A DNA stretch of 52,505 nt. Origin: Candidatus Roizmanbacteria bacterium RIFOXYC1_FULL_41_16. GTDB lineage: Bacteria; Patescibacteriota; Microgenomatia; UBA1406. The notes beneath the pieces are model-generated. The model searched no databases, was not told the origin of the DNA, and saw nothing but the letters and a program-made list of their open reading frames with translations. Position numbers and translations under genes: made by a program. Each line of letters opens with the position of its first letter. Positions within the stretch are counted from its first letter, which is position 1. The stretch spans positions 13,906 to 66,410 of the forward strand of contig MGBO01000021.1 of assembly GCA_001788295.1 (NCBI GenBank). Reading direction: 5' to 3'. Below are positions 18,133 through 28,801 of this stretch, piece by piece.

Positions 18133-19145
18133 AAATGAAGATTGGTCTTATCGGATATGGGTATTGGGGCCCAAATTTTGCCAGATTGATTAATGATTCT
18201 TCTCAAACCGAACTCACTTATTGTGCTGATCTGATGCAAATATCATTAGATAAAGTAAAACAAAAATATCCTAAAACAATAGTTACTAAAGATTATCATG
18301 AAATTTTCAATGATCCGTCAGTCAGGGCCGTCTTAATCGTCACGCCCGTTAAGACTCATTTTAAGATTGCTCAGGAAGCTCTTCAAGCCAATAAACATGT
18401 TTTTATTGAAAAACCAATTACTGGTACGATTGCTGAAGCGGATGTCTTGATTAAATTGGCCAAAAAAAAGAAACGTACCTTAATGGTCGGTCATACTTTT
18501 CTCTATAACAGCGCAGTTAGATATATAAAAAATATCCTGGCAAAAGAGAGAATTGGCAAAATTCGACACTTGCATTTTCAGCGTCGTAATTTAGGTCCTA
18601 TTCGTCAGGATGTTAATGTCCTATGGGATTTGGCCGAACACGACATTTCTATGCTGCTATATTGGGTAAGTAGCCGTCCGATTTCAGTTCTGGCAATCGG
18701 TGAAAGTTATCTACAAAAAAATCTCTTCGATGTTGTTTCAGCCTCAATCAAATTTAGCGATGGGATTTTAGCTAATATTATTCTGAGCTGGCTTGATCCA
18801 ATCAAAATTAGAGAAGTCACCATTGTCGGATCAACAAAAATGATTCAATTTAATGACCTTGATACAAGCAGTCCAGTTAAAATTTATGACAAAAATGCCA
18901 ATATTATTCAGAAAACTCAGGGTGTCTCTTTTCAAAAATACAAAATCGCTCTTCACGAAGGTAAAATTTTTACTCCAATAATAAAGAATAAAGAACCGCT
19001 GGCAGAAGAGTATCAACACTTTGTGAAGTGCATTTTAAAGAATATAATACCTTTAACCGATGGTAATAATGGCCGTCAGGTAGTTTCAATATTGACCTCT
19101 TTACAGCAATCACTTGATAATAATTCAGAATTAATCAGATTATGA
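18123..19145 (+). CDS. Gfo/Idh/MocA NAD-dependent sugar oxidoreductase
   Basis: GYGYWG, HVFIEKP, MVGHTFLY, LWDLAEHD. Confidence 0.9.
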   Translation: MAVKMKIGLIGYGYWGPNFARLINDSSQTELTYCADLMQISLDKVKQKYPKTIVTKDYHEIFNDPSVRAVLIVTPVKTHFKIAQEALQANKHVFIEKPITGTIAEADVLIKLAKKKKRTLMVGHTFLYNSAVRYIKNILAKERIGKIRHLHFQRRNLGPIRQDVNVLWDLAEHDISMLLYWVSSRPISVLAIGESYLQKNLFDVVSASIKFSDGILANIILSWLDPIKIREVTIVGSTKMIQFNDLDTSSPVKIYDKNANIIQKTQGVSFQKYKIALHEGKIFTPIIKNKEPLAEEYQHFVKCILKNIIPLTDGNNGRQVVSILTSLQQSLDNNSELIRL

Positions 19146-19615
19146 AAAAACTTACCAAAATAAACAGTAAACAAAACTTAAATAACATCGTTCTCGGCGA
19201 CAAAGTCATTATTAATGACTTTGTCAATCTATATGGGTGTCAAATAGGCAACCATTCTCTGATTGGACCATTTGTAGAAATTCAGAAAAATGTTATCGTC
19301 GGTGAATTTTGCCGGATTCAATCCCACTCATTCATCTGCGAAGGTGTAATTTTGAAAGATCGAGTTTTTATTGGTCATGGAGTAATGTTTATAAATGACA
19401 ACTATCCTTCTGTAAAAACCACCCTGGACAAAACATGGAAGCTAAAACCAATCATAATTGAGGAAGGGGCATCAATTGGCAGTGGTGCGATTATTTTGGG
19501 TGGCGTCAACATCGGGAAGAATGCTTTAATCGGGGCCGGAGCGGTTGTTACGCATAACGTTAAAGCCAATACAGTTGTCACGGGAATACCAGCCCGTAAG
19601 TTGCGTGGAATATGA
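19142..19615 (+). CDS. Hexapeptide-repeat N-acetyltransferase (WbpD/FdtC-like)
   Basis: Hexapeptide repeats, [41 protein letters not shown]. Confidence 0.9.
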   Translation: MKKLTKINSKQNLNNIVLGDKVIINDFVNLYGCQIGNHSLIGPFVEIQKNVIVGEFCRIQSHSFICEGVILKDRVFIGHGVMFINDNYPSVKTTLDKTWKLKPIIIEEGASIGSGAIILGGVNIGKNALIGAGAVVTHNVKANTVVTGIPARKLRGI

Positions 19616-20721
19616 AAATTAATTTCGTCGATTTACACAAACAATATCAATCGATTAAAACGCAAATAGATGATGCAATTAAATCTACACTGTCTCAAAC
19701 GGATTTTATTTTGGGACAAGGCGTAGAAGAGTTCGAACAATCTTTTGCCGAATTTTGTCAAGCCAAATACGCCGTTGGTGTTGCGTCTGGAACAGATGCT
19801 TTGTTTTTGTCTCTAAAAGCATTGGGTATCGGTCCCGGTGACGAAGTTATTACTCAGGCAAATACTTTTGTTGCCTCGGCTTATGCAATATCAATGACCG
19901 GCGCCACTCCGGTATTAGTTGATATAAATACACACACTTATAATTTAGAAGCATCAACTGTAGAGAAAGCGATCACCAAAAGAACCAAGGCCATTCTTCC
20001 GGTTCATCTCTACGGGCAAGCGACTTACATGATTCCGCTTCTTAAATTAGCCAGAAAATACAAGTTGCAAATTGTTGAAGATGCTTGTCAAGCTCATGGA
20101 GCTATAAGTAGTGGTAAGAAAGTGGGTAGCTTTGGCATTGCGGCAGCTTTTAGTTTTTATCCTGGTAAAAATCTCGGCGCTTATGGCGACGCCGGCGCTA
20201 TTACTACCAGTAACCATTCTCTTTATAACAAGATTCTTAAATTAAGAAATTATGGTCAAAAAGAAAAGTACCATCATCTCGTTTTAGGTTACAATTCACG
20301 CCTGGATACCCTTCAGGCTCGAATTCTCAGTGTCAAACTAAGACATCTTAATCAGTGGAACCGGTTAAGAATCCAGCATGCAAAATTTTATAATCAGAAA
20401 TTGTCAACTTTAAATCCGTTTGTAATTACCCCAATCGTTCATCAAAATGTTAGCTCGGTTTATCATCTTTACGTTTTACAAGTAAAAATGCGGAATCAAC
20501 TGCTTCGCTTTCTTAATGAACGAGGCGTAAATGCACTCATTCACTATCCAATCCCAATTCATCTACAACCGGCTTATAAAGGATTGGGTTATAAAAAAGG
20601 TGATTTCCCGGTTACCGAACAACTCTGCCAAAATATCATCAGTTTGCCGATGTATCCAGAATTAACAACAAAAGAAATTGAATATACATGCCAGACGATA
20701 GCTGATTTTTATCAAAAATGA
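19612..20721 (+). CDS. DegT/DnrJ/EryC1/StrS nucleotide-sugar aminotransferase
   Basis: [36 protein letters not shown] (PLP lysine), NSRLD. Confidence 0.92.
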   Translation: MKINFVDLHKQYQSIKTQIDDAIKSTLSQTDFILGQGVEEFEQSFAEFCQAKYAVGVASGTDALFLSLKALGIGPGDEVITQANTFVASAYAISMTGATPVLVDINTHTYNLEASTVEKAITKRTKAILPVHLYGQATYMIPLLKLARKYKLQIVEDACQAHGAISSGKKVGSFGIAAAFSFYPGKNLGAYGDAGAITTSNHSLYNKILKLRNYGQKEKYHHLVLGYNSRLDTLQARILSVKLRHLNQWNRLRIQHAKFYNQKLSTLNPFVITPIVHQNVSSVYHLYVLQVKMRNQLLRFLNERGVNALIHYPIPIHLQPAYKGLGYKKGDFPVTEQLCQNIISLPMYPELTTKEIEYTCQTIADFYQK

Positions 20722-21725
20722 CATCTCTACCTTCGCTTTCAATTATTGTTCCTACTCTTAACGCCGCCGCCGTTTTACCAAAATTTTTAAGGGAGTTAAA
20801 GAGTCAAGAATATCCAGCCAATAAACTAGAGTTAATTGTCGTTGACGGCGGTTCAAGTGATTCAACCAGAGAAGTAGCGGCGAAGTTCGGGGCCAGGGTA
20901 ATTGATAATCCCGATCGCTTTGCCGAGCCAGGCGTACGTCGGGGAATAAAAGCTGCCAAGGGGTCAATAATCACGGTTTTGGCAACTGATAATTTTTTTA
21001 AGAACCGCCGTGCTGTCAGCGAATTAGTAACAATAATCAATCAACCCAATGTAGCCGCGGTCTTTTCTAAACAAGTGAGCGACGGTTCAGACTCCATATA
21101 CACCAAATACATAAATACTTTTACCGACCCCTTTTCGCACTATCTATATGGCTCAGCCGCTAATTCCAGAACTTTCTCTAACAAATACCCTGTTGTCATT
21201 AATACTAAAAATTATGTTGTTTTTAATTTTAAGAATTCCAAACAGTTGCCGTTGCTTGCCCTAGCACAGGGAATGACCATCTGGAAAAAGTTGCTTGTCA
21301 ACAAACATGATCTGGATGATGTTGCCCCTCTTCAAGATTTAATCAAAAAAAATAAACAAATTGCCTATGCCAAGCACGTTCATTTACTTCATCATACGGT
21401 TAGAGACCTTAAACACTTTTGGCAAAAACAGTGTTGGTCGGCTAAAAACGCTTTTGAAAATAAGCAATTTGGAATTGCCAGCCGTCAAGATTTTATAACT
21501 CAAGAACAAAAAATCAAGTCTCTATTGTTTCCTTTATATTCTCTTTTAATTTTGCCGGCTTTGACCTGGAGCATCTATAAAGCCATTGTTGATCGGGAAC
21601 CACTGTGGTTGCTTCATTCTTGGCTTTGTTTTTTAACCACCATGGCCATAATTTATACTTTATTAATGCTCAAAGCCATTGAATTGACAAAGCAATTAAG
21701 CTTAAGTAAGATAAGCCATAAATGA
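20718..21725 (+). CDS. GT2 glycosyltransferase with C-terminal TM helices
   Basis: [26 protein letters not shown]; the DxD position reads ATD. Confidence 0.8.
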   Translation: MTSLPSLSIIVPTLNAAAVLPKFLRELKSQEYPANKLELIVVDGGSSDSTREVAAKFGARVIDNPDRFAEPGVRRGIKAAKGSIITVLATDNFFKNRRAVSELVTIINQPNVAAVFSKQVSDGSDSIYTKYINTFTDPFSHYLYGSAANSRTFSNKYPVVINTKNYVVFNFKNSKQLPLLALAQGMTIWKKLLVNKHDLDDVAPLQDLIKKNKQIAYAKHVHLLHHTVRDLKHFWQKQCWSAKNAFENKQFGIASRQDFITQEQKIKSLLFPLYSLLILPALTWSIYKAIVDREPLWLLHSWLCFLTTMAIIYTLLMLKAIELTKQLSLSKISHK

Positions 21726-22840
21726 TTAACCATCAAATTCTCCTTTCTAAACCAATCATTGATAAACACGAAGAGAAAGCGGTATTATCCGTATTAAGAT
21801 CCGGCCAACTGGTTCAGGGACCTCAGGTCAAAAAACTGGAGATTAAATTTAGCAAACTGGTTGGAGCAAAATACGCGCTCGCTGTTAATAACGGTACTTC
21901 TGCTTTACACACTGCGCTTCAGGCAGTTGGCATTGGTTTAAATGACGAGGTCATTACCACTCCTTTTACCTTTGTCGCGACAGCCAATTCCATTCTAATG
22001 ACTGGCGCCAAACCGGTTTTTGTCGATATTGACCCCCTTACATTTAACCTTGACCCTAACAAAATTGAGGCCAAGATCAATAAGTCAACCAAGGCAATTT
22101 TGGTAGTTGATCTTTATGGCCAGCCTGCTTCCTATTTGGAAATAATAAAACTCGCCAAAAAACACAATCTGTTGGTAATTGCAGACGCCGCTCAATCAAT
22201 CGGTTCCTCATATAAGAGTAACCCTACCGGTTGCATTGCCGATATAACCACTTTCTCACTTTATGCCACGAAAAATATTACCAGCATAGAAGGCGGAATG
22301 GTAACCACCAAAAATAGGAACTATTACAAAATAGCCAAGCTCTTTCGACATCATGGCCAAGATGAAGAAAAGCGTTATTTTTATTCAGGCTTGGGCTTTA
22401 ATTATCGTCTTACCGATTTGCAGGCAGCCATCGCCTTGACTCAATTAAATCGCTTAAAGAAAATTACTTTAAAGCGCCAGCAAAATGCTCACTTTTATAA
22501 TCGACAACTGGTTAATATCAAAGGTATAATCACTCCATATCAAGCACCCAAAACAGTGCATGTCTATCATCAATACACGTTAAGAATTACAGAAGAGGCC
22601 GGCTTTACTCGAGATCAATTACAACACTATTTGGCTAAAAAAGGAGTTCAGACTAATATTTATTATCCAATGCCGTTATACCGGTTTTCTTATTTATCAA
22701 CAAAAACCAATCTTAAAGATTTTCCTAATACCGAGCTTGCCAGCCGTCAAGTTTTATCAATCCCGGTTCATCCGTTGTTAACAAAAACAGAGCGTCAATT
22801 TATTGTTAAAATGATCAAATCCTATGCCCAAGCGTCTTAA
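21722..22840 (+). CDS. DegT family aminotransferase (WbpE-like)
   Basis: NGTSALH, TPFTFVATAN, DAAQSIG, SLYATKNITSIEGG, GFNYRLTD. Confidence 0.9.
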   Translation: MINHQILLSKPIIDKHEEKAVLSVLRSGQLVQGPQVKKLEIKFSKLVGAKYALAVNNGTSALHTALQAVGIGLNDEVITTPFTFVATANSILMTGAKPVFVDIDPLTFNLDPNKIEAKINKSTKAILVVDLYGQPASYLEIIKLAKKHNLLVIADAAQSIGSSYKSNPTGCIADITTFSLYATKNITSIEGGMVTTKNRNYYKIAKLFRHHGQDEEKRYFYSGLGFNYRLTDLQAAIALTQLNRLKKITLKRQQNAHFYNRQLVNIKGIITPYQAPKTVHVYHQYTLRITEEAGFTRDQLQHYLAKKGVQTNIYYPMPLYRFSYLSTKTNLKDFPNTELASRQVLSIPVHPLLTKTERQFIVKMIKSYAQAS

Positions 22841-23786
22841 GTGTGCGGTTATTGGCGTTGGCAAGATGGGAATCAACCATGTGCGTGTCTATGCCAGTAT
22901 TCCGCAAGTAAAATTTGTCGGTATTGGGGAAGTGAATAAAACACTGGGTGAAAAAGTTGCTTCTCAATACGGCCTTAACCATTACACAGACTATAAAGAC
23001 TTGATTATGGCCGAACAGCCGGATTTGGTTTCAATCTGCGTCCCCACGTCATTTCATTACCAAGTAGCTTCATATTTTCTTCGAAAAAATATTAATATTC
23101 TTTTAGAAAAACCGATTGCCACAACTGTCGACGAGGCCAAAGCCCTGGTCGCGCTAGCGAAAAAGTACAAAACCTCATTATTAGTGGGGCATATTGAACG
23201 CTTTAATCCGGCGGTCAAAAAAGTCAAGCAGATTATCAACAGTGGTAAGATCGGCAAAGTGACTTCTATTATCGCCCGGAGGGTAGGCGGGTTTCCGTTT
23301 CAAATCAGAGACGCCAATATTATGGTTGATTTGGCCATTCATGACCTTGACATCGTCAACTATTTGCTGGATAGTCTTCCACAGGTCGTGACTGTCAGTA
23401 AACATCGCATCCATACTAAAACCAGAGAGGATTCGGTAGAATATTTTCTGCAGTATAAAAACACATCAGCCTATATTCAATCCAATTGGATTACGCCTGT
23501 AAAAATCAGAAAGCTTTTAATTACCGGCAGCGAAGGCTATTTAGAACTGGATTATATCACTCAAAAAATTGAATTTTATAAAAGCAATTATGACAAATTC
23601 AAAGAAGAAACAAAAGGTTTTTCTGATTTTATTTTGAAATTTTCCAGTTCCGATCGACAGATAATCTCAGTTGCCAAAAAAGAACCACTAACGGAAGAAA
23701 TCAAGTATTTTATTAATAAAGTTGCCTCAAATGAACAGGTCGTATCCCAATTTGCAGTTGAGGCTTTAAAAATTGCTTTAACCTAA
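22824..23786 (+). CDS. Gfo/Idh/MocA dehydrogenase (WbpB/GnnA-like UDP-GlcNAc(A) 3-dehydrogenase)
   Basis: GVGKMG..H.R, LLEKPIA, VGHIERFNPA, DLAIHDLD, NWITP.K.R. Confidence 0.85.
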   Translation: MPKRLKCAVIGVGKMGINHVRVYASIPQVKFVGIGEVNKTLGEKVASQYGLNHYTDYKDLIMAEQPDLVSICVPTSFHYQVASYFLRKNINILLEKPIATTVDEAKALVALAKKYKTSLLVGHIERFNPAVKKVKQIINSGKIGKVTSIIARRVGGFPFQIRDANIMVDLAIHDLDIVNYLLDSLPQVVTVSKHRIHTKTREDSVEYFLQYKNTSAYIQSNWITPVKIRKLLITGSEGYLELDYITQKIEFYKSNYDKFKEETKGFSDFILKFSSSDRQIISVAKKEPLTEEIKYFINKVASNEQVVSQFAVEALKIALT

Positions 23787-23788
23787 TA

Positions 23789-24388
23789 ATGAATTCCCAG
23801 AAATATTACCTTCATCCCACGGCTGAGGTTTCAAGCGATGCCAAAATTGGCAATAACACCAAAATCTGGCACCAAGCCCAAGTAAGAGAATTTGCTCATA
23901 TAGGCAAAAATTGCGTCATTGCCAAAAATGTTTACATCGATCATCATGTTACTCTTGGAAATAATTGCCGGATTCAAAATAATAGTTCGTTATACTTTGG
24001 CAGCACTCTTAAGGACAATGTTTTTATCGGACCCCACGTAGTTTTAGCTAATGATCACTTACCGCGAGCAGTCAATTCTCAAAATAAGCCAAAGTCACCG
24101 TCCGACTGGACAGTTGGCAATATTAAAATTGAATCTGGAGCATCAATTGGTGCTGGATCTGTTATTGTTCCTTCATTTAACATTGGTCGTTACGCACTGA
24201 TTGGTGCCGGTTCCGTTGTCACTAAAGATGTTCCAGATTTCGCTTTAGTTTACGGAAATCCAGCCAAAATACATGGCTATGTCTGTATTTGTACTGAAAA
24301 AATTGATATTAGTAAAGGCCAATTTACTTGTCCGAAATGCCAGCGTCGATATCAAATTACTCATTCAAAGGTTAATCTACTTATTTGA
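23789..24388 (+). CDS. WbpD-like N-acetyltransferase with C-terminal zinc ribbon
   Basis: HPTAEV, TKIWH, CRIQNN, VFIGP, YGNPA...GYVCIC...CPKC. Confidence 0.88.
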   Translation: MNSQKYYLHPTAEVSSDAKIGNNTKIWHQAQVREFAHIGKNCVIAKNVYIDHHVTLGNNCRIQNNSSLYFGSTLKDNVFIGPHVVLANDHLPRAVNSQNKPKSPSDWTVGNIKIESGASIGAGSVIVPSFNIGRYALIGAGSVVTKDVPDFALVYGNPAKIHGYVCICTEKIDISKGQFTCPKCQRRYQITHSKVNLLI

Positions 24389-24394
24389 ATACCA

Positions 24395-25444
24395 ATGTAT
24401 CAAAACTATTTTCAAAATAAGCAAATTTTAATTACCGGAGGAACCGGCAGTATTGGCTCTAGTATTCTTCAGGAGCTACTGCCTTTTAAACCAAAATCAA
24501 TTAAAATCTATAGTCGTGATGAATATAAACAATACCAACTTAAGTTTAAATACCAAAAGATCAAAAATGTAAAAATCGATTATCTTTTGGGTGACATACG
24601 TGATTACGATTCTCTTATTGCCGCTAGTGAGAATGTTGATATTCTTTATCATTGCGCGGCTTACAAGCACGTTCCCCAATCTGAGAAAATGCCTGAGGAA
24701 TTTATCAAAACCAATGTCTATGGTTCTATTAATGTAAAGAGAGCCGCCCTTGTCAATAAAATTAAAACGGTTGTTTCTATCAGTTCGGACAAAGCGGTTG
24801 AGCCAACAAATGTGATGGGCTTAACTAAGGCTTTGCAAGAAAAATTATTTAATGCCCATTATTTTAATTCTCAAACAATAAAACAACGCTTCATCAATGT
24901 TCGCTTTGGTAATGTCATTGGAACAAAAGGCAGTCTTTTTCCAATTCTTTATCATCAAATTGTTAATAAACTTCCCCTAACTATTACCGATTCAGACATG
25001 ACTCGTTTTTTTATGACTCAAAAGCAAGCCATTGATTTAATTTTTTGGGCAACTATCAATGCCAAAGACGGGGACACTGTTATAAAAAAAATGAAGTCAG
25101 CCAAACTTTCCTTGCTAATTAGGCTTTTTTTGCAAGCTTCAAATATGGATAAAAATTACCCAAAACAAACAATCGGAATGAGGGTGGGTGAAAAAATGCA
25201 TGAATCCTTAATCAACCAGGATGAGATTTTTCGGATTAAAGAACTGGGGATCTTTTACTTAATCAAACCATACAGTAGTAAAGAGATTCAGCAAAATATT
25301 CTTAAAGTCAATCCCGAAGACCAAGCTTCACTATTAGACAAGTTCAGTTCAAGAAATAGCCAAAATTATTTTAAGTCAGAAGAACTTCTGTTACTAATCA
25401 ATCAATACATACAAACCGTTAAAAACAACAATCAAATTCTTTAA
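24395..25444 (+). CDS. UDP-GlcNAc 4,6-dehydratase family (CapE/FnlA/WbjB-like)
   Basis: ITGGTGSIG, SRDEYKQ, GDIRD, AAYKHVP, SSDKAVEPTNVMGLTK, VRFGNV, MTRFFM, GMRVGEKMHE. Confidence 0.88.
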   Translation: MYQNYFQNKQILITGGTGSIGSSILQELLPFKPKSIKIYSRDEYKQYQLKFKYQKIKNVKIDYLLGDIRDYDSLIAASENVDILYHCAAYKHVPQSEKMPEEFIKTNVYGSINVKRAALVNKIKTVVSISSDKAVEPTNVMGLTKALQEKLFNAHYFNSQTIKQRFINVRFGNVIGTKGSLFPILYHQIVNKLPLTITDSDMTRFFMTQKQAIDLIFWATINAKDGDTVIKKMKSAKLSLLIRLFLQASNMDKNYPKQTIGMRVGEKMHESLINQDEIFRIKELGIFYLIKPYSSKEIQQNILKVNPEDQASLLDKFSSRNSQNYFKSEELLLLINQYIQTVKNNNQIL

Positions 25445-25830
25445 TGAAAAGTGTCAAACTACGACAATTTACCGATCATCGCGGTTCGTTGGCTGAAAAC
25501 ACTTTAGAAAAGATTATGCTTGAATCCCGTCATTTTTTTGTCTCCAAATCCAAGCCGGGAACCGTTCGTGGTAATCACTACCACAAACACAAATCAGAGT
25601 GGTTTTTAGTAATAAAGGGAGAATGTAAACTCTGTTTAGAAGACGTTGTCACTAAAACAGGAGAAGAAAGAGCTATTACAGAGAAAGATAATGTCTTAGT
25701 TCATATTGGACCAAATGTCGCCCATGTTTTTGTGAATACCGGCTCGTCCGAATTAATCCTCTTGGCTTTTGTTAATGAGGTACTCGACCATCAGAATCCC
25801 GATACCTACGAGTATAAAATCAATTTATGA
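25444..25830 (+). CDS. Stand-alone cupin (CapF C-terminal / WxcM / FdtA-like sugar isomerase-epimerase)
   Basis: DHRGSL, SKPGTVRGNHYHKHKSEWF, P.VAH.F.N, C-terminal NPDTY. Confidence 0.8.
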   Translation: MKSVKLRQFTDHRGSLAENTLEKIMLESRHFFVSKSKPGTVRGNHYHKHKSEWFLVIKGECKLCLEDVVTKTGEERAITEKDNVLVHIGPNVAHVFVNTGSSELILLAFVNEVLDHQNPDTYEYKINL

Positions 25831-26972
25831 AAAAGTGCCGGGCGCTTCTGTTGTCTCATCACACCGACGTTGGCGGTATGGCAGACCAACTCTATCTTTA
25901 CCTGTCCAAGCATTTTGACGGCGTTATTCACATTTCTCACCCTCTTTTGCCAAATACTACAACCAAAAGCTATCTGAAAGTAGGGAAACAATACCGGCTC
26001 TTTAAAATCTTCCCGCCTCTGCAGTTTGTTTTGGAGAGCGTTTATAACTATATCTACTTTAAAAAACTAAAGTTAGACAAATATCAGTATTCGCTCGTTC
26101 TCTGTATTGATCCCTTAAGTTATCTTCATGCGCGACTGCTTAAGCTATTCTTTAGAATTCACACGCTTATTTATTATAATGTCGACTACTCGCCTCGACG
26201 TTATGTCAATTGGTTTCTTAATTTCACTTATCAACAGATAAACCGTTTTGCCCTGCATGATTGCGATTATTTCTTTTATATTACCGGTCGGTTTTTGGTC
26301 GATCTTGATCCAAATAAACGCTATCGTCATAAATCTTTCTGGATAAAACATATTCATAATGCCTCAAAACCAAAATTTAACACTAAGCAAAAAAACTTAC
26401 TCGTTTTCTGCGGTCATTTGTCAGTTAATTTAGACTTTCAACCTTTGCTTGAAGCTCTGGCTCTATTAGATAAAGAGGGAATTACCTTTCGTTTTGACAT
26501 TTTCGGCAACGGCAACAAACTAATTGAGTTGAATAACCAAGTGAAGAAGTTGAAACTTGAAGAAAAAGTTTTGTTTAAAGGCAGCGTTGACCACGATAAG
26601 CTGGTTCAAAAAATCCTTCCTCAATATTCTGTCGGCCTTGCCCCATACATTAAGATGTCAAAACTCCCCAGAGGCGCTGCCCAACATGCCTTTATGGGCG
26701 ACGACCTGAGTACCAAAGTTATTGAATACATCGGCTGCGGTTTGCCAGTTATATCTACCAAACCTTATCCCGCTTTTGAGGCAATTGAAAAGCATCATTT
26801 TGGCTATTTGGTTAAAGACGCCAAAGATTGGTACAAAAGTCTTTTAAATCTGTTGAGGAACGACAACAAGCGTAAACAGTTCTCAAGAGCTGCTTACCAA
26901 TATGCAAAGCGTTATCATGAGGAAAAAGTATTGACACCGGTTATAAAGATAATTACCAATCACATCTGTTAG
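25827..26972 (+). CDS. GT4 glycosyltransferase
   Basis: GT-B C-domain: VFCGHL, DIFGNG, KVIEYIGCGLPVIST. Confidence 0.8.
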   Translation: MKKCRALLLSHHTDVGGMADQLYLYLSKHFDGVIHISHPLLPNTTTKSYLKVGKQYRLFKIFPPLQFVLESVYNYIYFKKLKLDKYQYSLVLCIDPLSYLHARLLKLFFRIHTLIYYNVDYSPRRYVNWFLNFTYQQINRFALHDCDYFFYITGRFLVDLDPNKRYRHKSFWIKHIHNASKPKFNTKQKNLLVFCGHLSVNLDFQPLLEALALLDKEGITFRFDIFGNGNKLIELNNQVKKLKLEEKVLFKGSVDHDKLVQKILPQYSVGLAPYIKMSKLPRGAAQHAFMGDDLSTKVIEYIGCGLPVISTKPYPAFEAIEKHHFGYLVKDAKDWYKSLLNLLRNDNKRKQFSRAAYQYAKRYHEEKVLTPVIKIITNHIC

Positions 26973-26983
26973 AATAGCTTATT

Positions 26984-28801
26984 ATGTGCGGAATTGTCGG
27001 ATTTTCCTACCCAAACAGACGAGTGATTAAACAGATGGCCGATAGTTTAAAACACCGGGGTCCAGATGGAAAAGGATATTTTTTAGATCAATTTGTGTCA
27101 TTAGGGCATCGCCGTTTAAGCATTATCGACCTGAAAGGCGGCAAACAGCCACTTTTTAACGAGGACAAAACCATCGTTATCGTTTTTAACGGCGAGATCT
27201 ATAACTTTCAGGAGCTAAGGCTTCGTCTGGAGAAAAATGGACACCGCTTTAAAACCAATTCTGATACCGAAGTAATAGTGCATGCCTACGAGGAATATGG
27301 TCCCAACTGTCTTAAGTATTTTAACGGCATGTTTGCCTTTTGCCTCTATGACCTGAAAAAGAAACTTCTTTTTCTGGCCCGCGACCGCTTTGGCGTAAAA
27401 CCTCTGTACTATCACATTAATGCCAACAAACAACTTGTCTTCGGCTCAGAAATTAAAGCCTTACTTAAAAACAATACTGTAAAAACGGCTCCCAACAGTC
27501 CGGTAATTAGGCAATACTTGAGCCAAAACAAAATTCCTGAAGATCAAACAGACACTTTCTTCGATAATATCTATAAAGTTCTGCCCGGGCATTATCTTGT
27601 TTGGCAAAATGAACGACTATCGGTAAGAGAGTATTACTCGATTAGTATACTGTCTAAAACTATAAAGGAATCAACCGAATCCGAATCGGTCTTAATTCAT
27701 AAATACCAAGCACTGTTTAAGGACTCGGTAAGACTACGTTTAATAAGTGATGTCGCCGTAGGTTCTTGCTTATCAGGAGGTCTGGATTCTTCATCTATCG
27801 TTGCTAACGTTGACAATATACTAAAAAAAACTGGAAACATTGGCAGTTCAGTTAAGGGTAGTTTACACTGTTTTAGCGCTGTATATAATGATAAAACAAT
27901 TGATGAGAGTTATTTCATCAAGGAGGTCGTAAAGGGAAAACGCTTGCTCGCTCATTATACGTTTCCAAATGCCAAGGGCTTTAAGAAAGATCTAGGTAAT
28001 CTTGTCTATCATCAGGATGAACCGACAGAAACTATTGCCGTTTATGCGCAGTACTGTGTGATGAGATTGGCTAAACACAAGGTTAAGGTTCTTTTAGACG
28101 GGCAGGGAAGTGACGAAACTCTGGCTGGCTATATTCCCTACTACCGCCATTTCCTCCTTGATCTTATAAAGAGCGGACAAATTGTCCAACTTGGAATCGA
28201 GATAGCCTTTGGTTATAGACATCTTAAAAGAATGCTTACTAGCTATCTAAAACTCACAAAAGGACAGTGGCATAGTCGGTCATTTTTTCCCGACAATACT
28301 TCACGAGTGAACTACTTAAAAAAAAGCCAGATGTCTTTGAAGGAGAGGTTATGGTCTGACATTGAACATACTCTGCCCAATGTTCTTCGTTACGAAGACC
28401 GCAACAGTATGGCTTTTGGCATTGAAGCGCGTTTACCTTTCCTCGATTATCGCCTTGTTGAGTTTGCGATGTCTTTACCCTCAAGAATGAAGCTGAGAAG
28501 GGGGTGGACCAAATATATTTTAAGAAAATCGTTTTCCGACATTCTGCCCCCGAAAATTACCTGGCGTAAAAACAAGCTTGGTTTCTCTGTTCCTGATTAT
28601 CAGTGGCTGGTAAGTAACAGATATTATATCCTTAAAGTACTTAGTTCATCTACCGCAAAAAGTCAGAATTACTTTGATCAGATGGAAGCGATTAGACTGT
28701 TTAATTTGATGTGTCAAGACAAAAAGAATGGCTTTTATACCAATTATTTCTGGCGCATCCTGAACCTTACTTTATGGTTACAAGTTTTCTTCAATCAATG
28801 A
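26984..28801 (+). CDS. asnB: Asparagine synthase (glutamine-hydrolysing) family amidotransferase, WbpS-like
   Basis: N-terminal MCGI, HRGPD, GHRRLSIID, NGEIYN, RDRFGVKPLYY, LSGGLDSS, DGQGSDE, R.PFLD; TGTTAGAAT 8 nt upstream. Confidence 0.93.
   Translation: MCGIVGFSYPNRRVIKQMADSLKHRGPDGKGYFLDQFVSLGHRRLSIIDLKGGKQPLFNEDKTIVIVFNGEIYNFQELRLRLEKNGHRFKTNSDTEVIVHAYEEYGPNCLKYFNGMFAFCLYDLKKKLLFLARDRFGVKPLYYHINANKQLVFGSEIKALLKNNTVKTAPNSPVIRQYLSQNKIPEDQTDTFFDNIYKVLPGHYLVWQNERLSVREYYSISILSKTIKESTESESVLIHKYQALFKDSVRLRLISDVAVGSCLSGGLDSSSIVANVDNILKKTGNIGSSVKGSLHCFSAVYNDKTIDESYFIKEVVKGKRLLAHYTFPNAKGFKKDLGNLVYHQDEPTETIAVYAQYCVMRLAKHKVKVLLDGQGSDETLAGYIPYYRHFLLDLIKSGQIVQLGIEIAFGYRHLKRMLTSYLKLTKGQWHSRSFFPDNTSRVNYLKKSQMSLKERLWSDIEHTLPNVLRYEDRNSMAFGIEARLPFLDYRLVEFAMSLPSRMKLRRGWTKYILRKSFSDILPPKITWRKNKLGFSVPDYQWLVSNRYYILKVLSSSTAKSQNYFDQMEAIRLFNLMCQDKKNGFYTNYFWRILNLTLWLQVFFNQ

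Noticed and set aside
28711-28797. Longer upstream starts for ORFs at 28711, 36367, 45381 and 52111
   Set aside because: They create long overlaps or precede the -10 box; downstream ATGs (28798, 36472, 45420, 52093) fit coupling or promoter geometry and domain starts.
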